Source of the DNA: Marsupella aquatica
Lineage: Eukaryota; Plantae; Marchantiophyta
Assembly (NCBI GenBank): GCA_973895155.1
Contig: OZ316892.1
Coordinates: 27,055,233-27,119,232 of the forward strand
Length of the DNA stretch: 64,000 nucleotides
Direction of reading: 5' to 3'
The notes beneath the pieces are model-generated. The model saw nothing but the letters and a program-made list of their open reading frames with translations, was not told the DNA's origin and ran no database searches. Within the stretch, counting starts at the first letter, position 1. Every line of letters starts with the position of its first letter. The position numbers and the translations under genes were made by a program. Of the stretch, positions 59,847-64,000 are shown piece by piece.

Positions 59847-60955
59847 TAAGAACTTGCAAGCTTCTTCATCAGAACGCTAGTAAAACTTGTCATCTGCACG
59901 GTTGTTGTTGCTATTGCCATAGCCAAAGTCCTCTCTTGCTCCTCTCAAATCTCACACTCATGTTCTTGGATGTGAGAATCATGTTCATAAATTTCACAAT
60001 CGCACTTGGCCGATGAAGCCATGTCAGCACAACTGTTGGCCATGGTTTTCAATTGCACTTGCTTGTTGTTCCCAGACTTGAATGCCTTGCGCTTCATACC
60101 GGTCTTACTTGGTCCAGAAAGTCCTGAGGGGATGATGCTGGTCTCACTCCACCAGTATTCTCCATGTTTCCTTGTGCACTCTATCGTGTTGGCCCTGCAC
60201 AATAAGTTTGGCTAGTAGGTACAAACCTATCTTCATGATTGCCTGCAAAACACAATACTTGAATTGTTGCATTCAATAAAGAAAGATAATAGTGAAGAAA
60301 TCTAATTGATAAACACCACGTACTAAATATAGATACACTTGTAGAGGCAAGAGAAACATTTCTTACTTTCTGATGACAAAATGAATGGATCCCCCTATGG
60401 ATTTTGATCCATACTTGAGATGTCAGACAAAAAGTTTTTAGGAGTGATGCACGGAATATTTGCATACCACTCCAACATTGTCTCATACAGATCAACAAAA
60501 AAATTAGTGGAAATTTGTTTTTTGCGTCGCAGCTTGTCATCCATGTCAAAGAAATCTGGCCGGTTTTGTCCAAATTCTCTGAATAGTCATAAATTGTTTT
60601 GAACTTGCCGTCAATGAGCTGCCACTTCTTCTTACAAGAGTTGTGGTTTCAAATAGGATTAATGAACTCCTCATCTTCCATGAATTTTGCCACTACTTTC
60701 CATTTCAACTTAGTGCTGGTCATCTTCTGTTGTGTGGAGCTTTCGAGTACAACAATATGATACTCATTTTGTTTTGCTGCAATGAGAGCCTTCATCTCTT
60801 CATCAATCCAACCTGGTAACTTACTCTTTCCACGAGGTTGCGGTGCACCAATGGGACCTACAGCATCAACATTCAGATCTAAGTCACGCAATGGTACACC
60901 CCGCCGTGAAGTTGCACCTTGGCTGGCAATGCCACTCTGGTCCCAACTTGACATC
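59847..60955 (-). pseudogene. Harbinger Myb/SANT (trihelix) DNA-binding partner gene
   Basis: WIDEEMKALIAAK...KWKVVAKFM, then SCKKKWQLIDGKFKTIYDY in a shifted frame; probable introns; convergent with the transposase. Confidence 0.8.
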
Positions 60956-61175
60956 TGAAAGCAAACATATATATGCAAATTATATTATTTATCAACAAGT
61001 TCAAAAAGTAATGAATGGAATAAGCAAACTAACTTTCTAAGGAGTATGTACAAGCAAAGATACAATCCCCACTCTCCAAGAGTACTTGAAAAAAACAACA
61101 TTGCAAATTAAAACCATGGACTATACTAGTCATTCCAAGTGCTCAAAAAATTGTTGAAACAAAGTTATTATTATC

Positions 61176-64000
61176 TGTGACGGGATCCCCGTCTGCCAAG
61201 ACCACCCTTAATAGGTTACAGGGTGTCTTTAATGTAAATATGCCACATGTAAATAGCCTGTTTCCAACTTAAATTTTTATTTTTCATAACTAAGTTAGTG
61301 CTTCCGGGTGTAAACGGGTCGCTCGAGGGGTCGGCACCCTTGGGGCCGTGGGTTAACCCAATTTCCCTTTATGGTCCCTTGAGTCACTTTGAGTTGGCCA
61401 TGTCGAACGAATAGAGTTCATTTTCTTAAAGGGGTACCCCCAACGTAGTGATTTAAGCCAGCCAAAAGATTATCTCGTTTGTATGAGGAGAAGTTTTTAG
61501 GGGGGTTATTAAAACTCCAATGAAAAGAGGCACTTCTAGGGCTGCCATGTGGAATCTTGAGCGAGAGGCCATAAGGACAGGGCCGGGTCGGAAGGCAGTA
61601 GCCGCGCGCATGCCAGGTGGTGGGGGGGGAGCATTATACCCTCCCACGAGCCGGGAGTAGGACCAAAGGGCAGCCGCGAGCAGGCGAGAAGGACCGAGGC
61701 GCGTAAGGGAGAGGGAGGCATGAGCCGAGAGTAGGACCCCGGCAGCGTATAGTAGGAAAGAGGGCGAGCTCTTGGGGGAACCCATAAGGGGCAGCCCTAG
61801 GGCAGCCACGTGGAATCCCCAGGAGGGCATCGCGAGCCGGGAGTAAGACCAGGGCCGCGAGCAAGGAAGAAGGGGAGGCCACGAGGAGGCGGGCCGCGAG
61901 TGGAGGAGGACCAGGGCGCGCGAAGAGGGAAGCCGGAGCGGAGGTATAAGGCGCAACCGGGAGGCGATCCCTGCATAGGGCTGCGTGCAGAAGTGAGTTA
62001 GGGGGGAAATTAAGATCCCCCGACCTTGGAGGAAGCATTGGGCCCCGATCCCAGGGAGGCCACGAGGAGGAGGGAGGCGAGCGGGAATTAAGGCTCCTAT
62101 GAGTCGGGGGAGAGCAGGTGGCAGCCGTGAGGAAGGTGCCCGGAGGGCAGCCGTGAGCCGAGAGGGCCGACCGGGAATTGAAGGGAAGGACTCGGATTTC
62201 CTTCCCCTTTGGTTTTTTTTTGGCTTTTTTTCTCTTCTTTCTCCTCCGCGCACGACTCATCCCATTGCCGAAAGCAAACTAAGTGTTTCCCACATCCCAT
62301 TGCCGAAGCTCTCGACATATCTCCCCAATTTTTTCAAAGTGTTCCCTTGGTGCTTGGCTTGGAGAGCTATGAAAGTTGAATTGAGACCTTGTGACGATAG
62401 CGCCGGCGGCAGCATTGAGTGACTTTTGGGGAGAAATTGAGAGTGGTTCTTGATCATGATACGGGGGCCGTTCGGGCCAGGGTTTGAATTTTGCTACGGG
62501 ATTTTGTGACGGAACTTTGTAATCATGGGATTTTCCTGGAGCATGGATGTTTGATCAGCCTGAGTTTAGTGCGATTCACATTTGTAGGTACAAGGCGGCA
62601 TATCGGGCTTACATTGCGACATTGATTGAGAGGAAGCGGAAGAAGTTGGAGTGTTGAGAGAAGCATTGGCCAAGGAGAAGGAGAACGCTGGAGAGGTGGA
62701 AAAATTGAGAGCCCAGGTTGGAGAACTACGGAGTCAGATGGGGATCTTTGAGACTAGGGTCAAGAGACTCGAGGCCTTGAGTCTAGGGAAACGGAAGAGC
62801 CCCTGCCCACCTAGCTCCATACTTTCCCCTGACTTGGTCTCCAAGGCCATTGAGATGGTGGTGAAGGAAGTAAGTGAGAAGTACGGGCCCCTATTGGAAG
62901 CAGCCAAGAAGAATCAGGAGAAGAATAAGAGCTTGGAGAAGAAGCTCAAGGAGGTACGTAAGTCGTTGAGGGAGGCCCAGGTCAATGCGGGAACCCCAGG
63001 GATGCCACCCAGATCCGTGACACCAGGGACTCCCATGGCCACCTAACAGGTTTTACCGTTGGAATTGCAATCCGGTGAGGAAGCTGCCTTGTGGAAGGAT
63101 ACCATCGGTGAGGGGTATATCAAGGCTTGGCAAGCCTTGGCGGCGTTGAGAAAGCAAAGGAACACTAGTGGGAAGAGTACACCGGTGAAGAAGAAGAGAA
63201 GCGGAGTGGTATCCACCCCAGTTGAGAGTGATGAGGAGTCCAACTCATAGGGCTCAAGCCATGGCACCATGAGTGAGGAGGAGGAAGACTAGGGTGGCCG
63301 TACGGACTTGATTATACGACCTCTTGATTTTGAAACTTTTTGAAAGTAGTCACTCACAGGCTGGTTGGAATGAGCTCACGGAGCTGATCCCAACAAGAGG
63401 TGGCGCTCCTCAAATGGAGCCAGGATGAGCAAGTTAGAGCCCGACAAAGTTGGTCGGTACGGAAAACTAAAACGACCATAACTTGGTCGTCCAATGTCCG
63501 TTTTGGGAGCGGTTTGGTGATTCATGATCAGGAGGAGCAGGGATACCCAGGAATGTGCTTAGAGGTGAAATCAGAGTGGCACCAAGTTTTGGCAATTATA
63601 GGGTCCCTTGTATTTTCACGGTTTACAGAGTGATTTTGTAGGGCGCCGTCAAAGGCACCGTCGGTCCCTTAGTTAGGTAGGGTTGAGGGGTATGTGTGTG
63701 CTGCATATCGCTAGGGTTTAGTGATATTTACCTATTGGTGTAATAGGATTTTAGGCAGCACCGCTAGGAGAAAGTGACTGCATCCAAATGCCGTTGGGTG
63801 CTTGGGTGTTTTTGGGGATTCAGTAGTATTTAGGGGGAGAGCCTCGGAGTAGTGAGGGGGGGACTCAGTCTAGTATTGTTTTTGTGAGGATTAGCCTTCA
63901 ACAAGAATAGGGAATTGATCCAAAGTATTGAGGTGGAGAGGGCTCATTGTCTTGTGAGGCAGGAGTTGGGTAGACGATAGGAGACCGGGTTGCCCAAGCA
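61176..64000. mobile_element. Probable start of another inserted element (unidentified, possibly an LTR)
   Basis: Switch from AT-rich sequence at TGTGACGGG (61176); GC-rich dispersed repeats at 61535-62180; other end not in the window. Confidence 0.35.
62651..63250 (+). pseudogene. Small coiled-coil/basic ORF of unknown function
   Basis: 62651-63046 and 63059-63250 are in frame across one TAA; E/K-rich heptads, KRKSP and KKKRS basic patches. Confidence 0.45.

Overview
Eukaryotic, plant-type, transposon-saturated region with no recognisable host gene; the host species cannot be determined from the sequence. It is a nested stack of elements. The oldest layer is a decayed minus-strand Ty3/gypsy-type element with the order gag - protease - C5 cytosine DNA methyltransferase - RT (pieces at 2487-2575, 6911-10732 and 54825-55242). 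Three things interrupt it: a probable CACTA end at 2486, a 4330-bp solo LTR (2576-6905, TSD GGCAT), and a complete but pseudogenised Ty1/copia element (10733-54824, 343-bp LTRs). The copia integrase is split by a 37-kb head-to-tail trimer of a young non-chromovirus Ty3/gypsy (14804-51951, TSD GCTGT) made of four ~4.62-kb LTRs and three ~6.22-kb internal regions. This family is unusual in three ways: most of each LTR is a single ~1100-1200-codon reading frame (PMD-like segment plus long coiled coil), Gag-PR and Pol are joined by an apparent -1 frameshift signal (G GAU UUU plus hairpin/pseudoknot), and the two inner LTRs are chimaeras of the outer two. The right end holds an unexplained block (55.3-58.4 kb), a decayed PIF/Harbinger gene pair (58.4-61 kb) and the start of another unidentified element. 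All alignments were done by eye; no searches were run.
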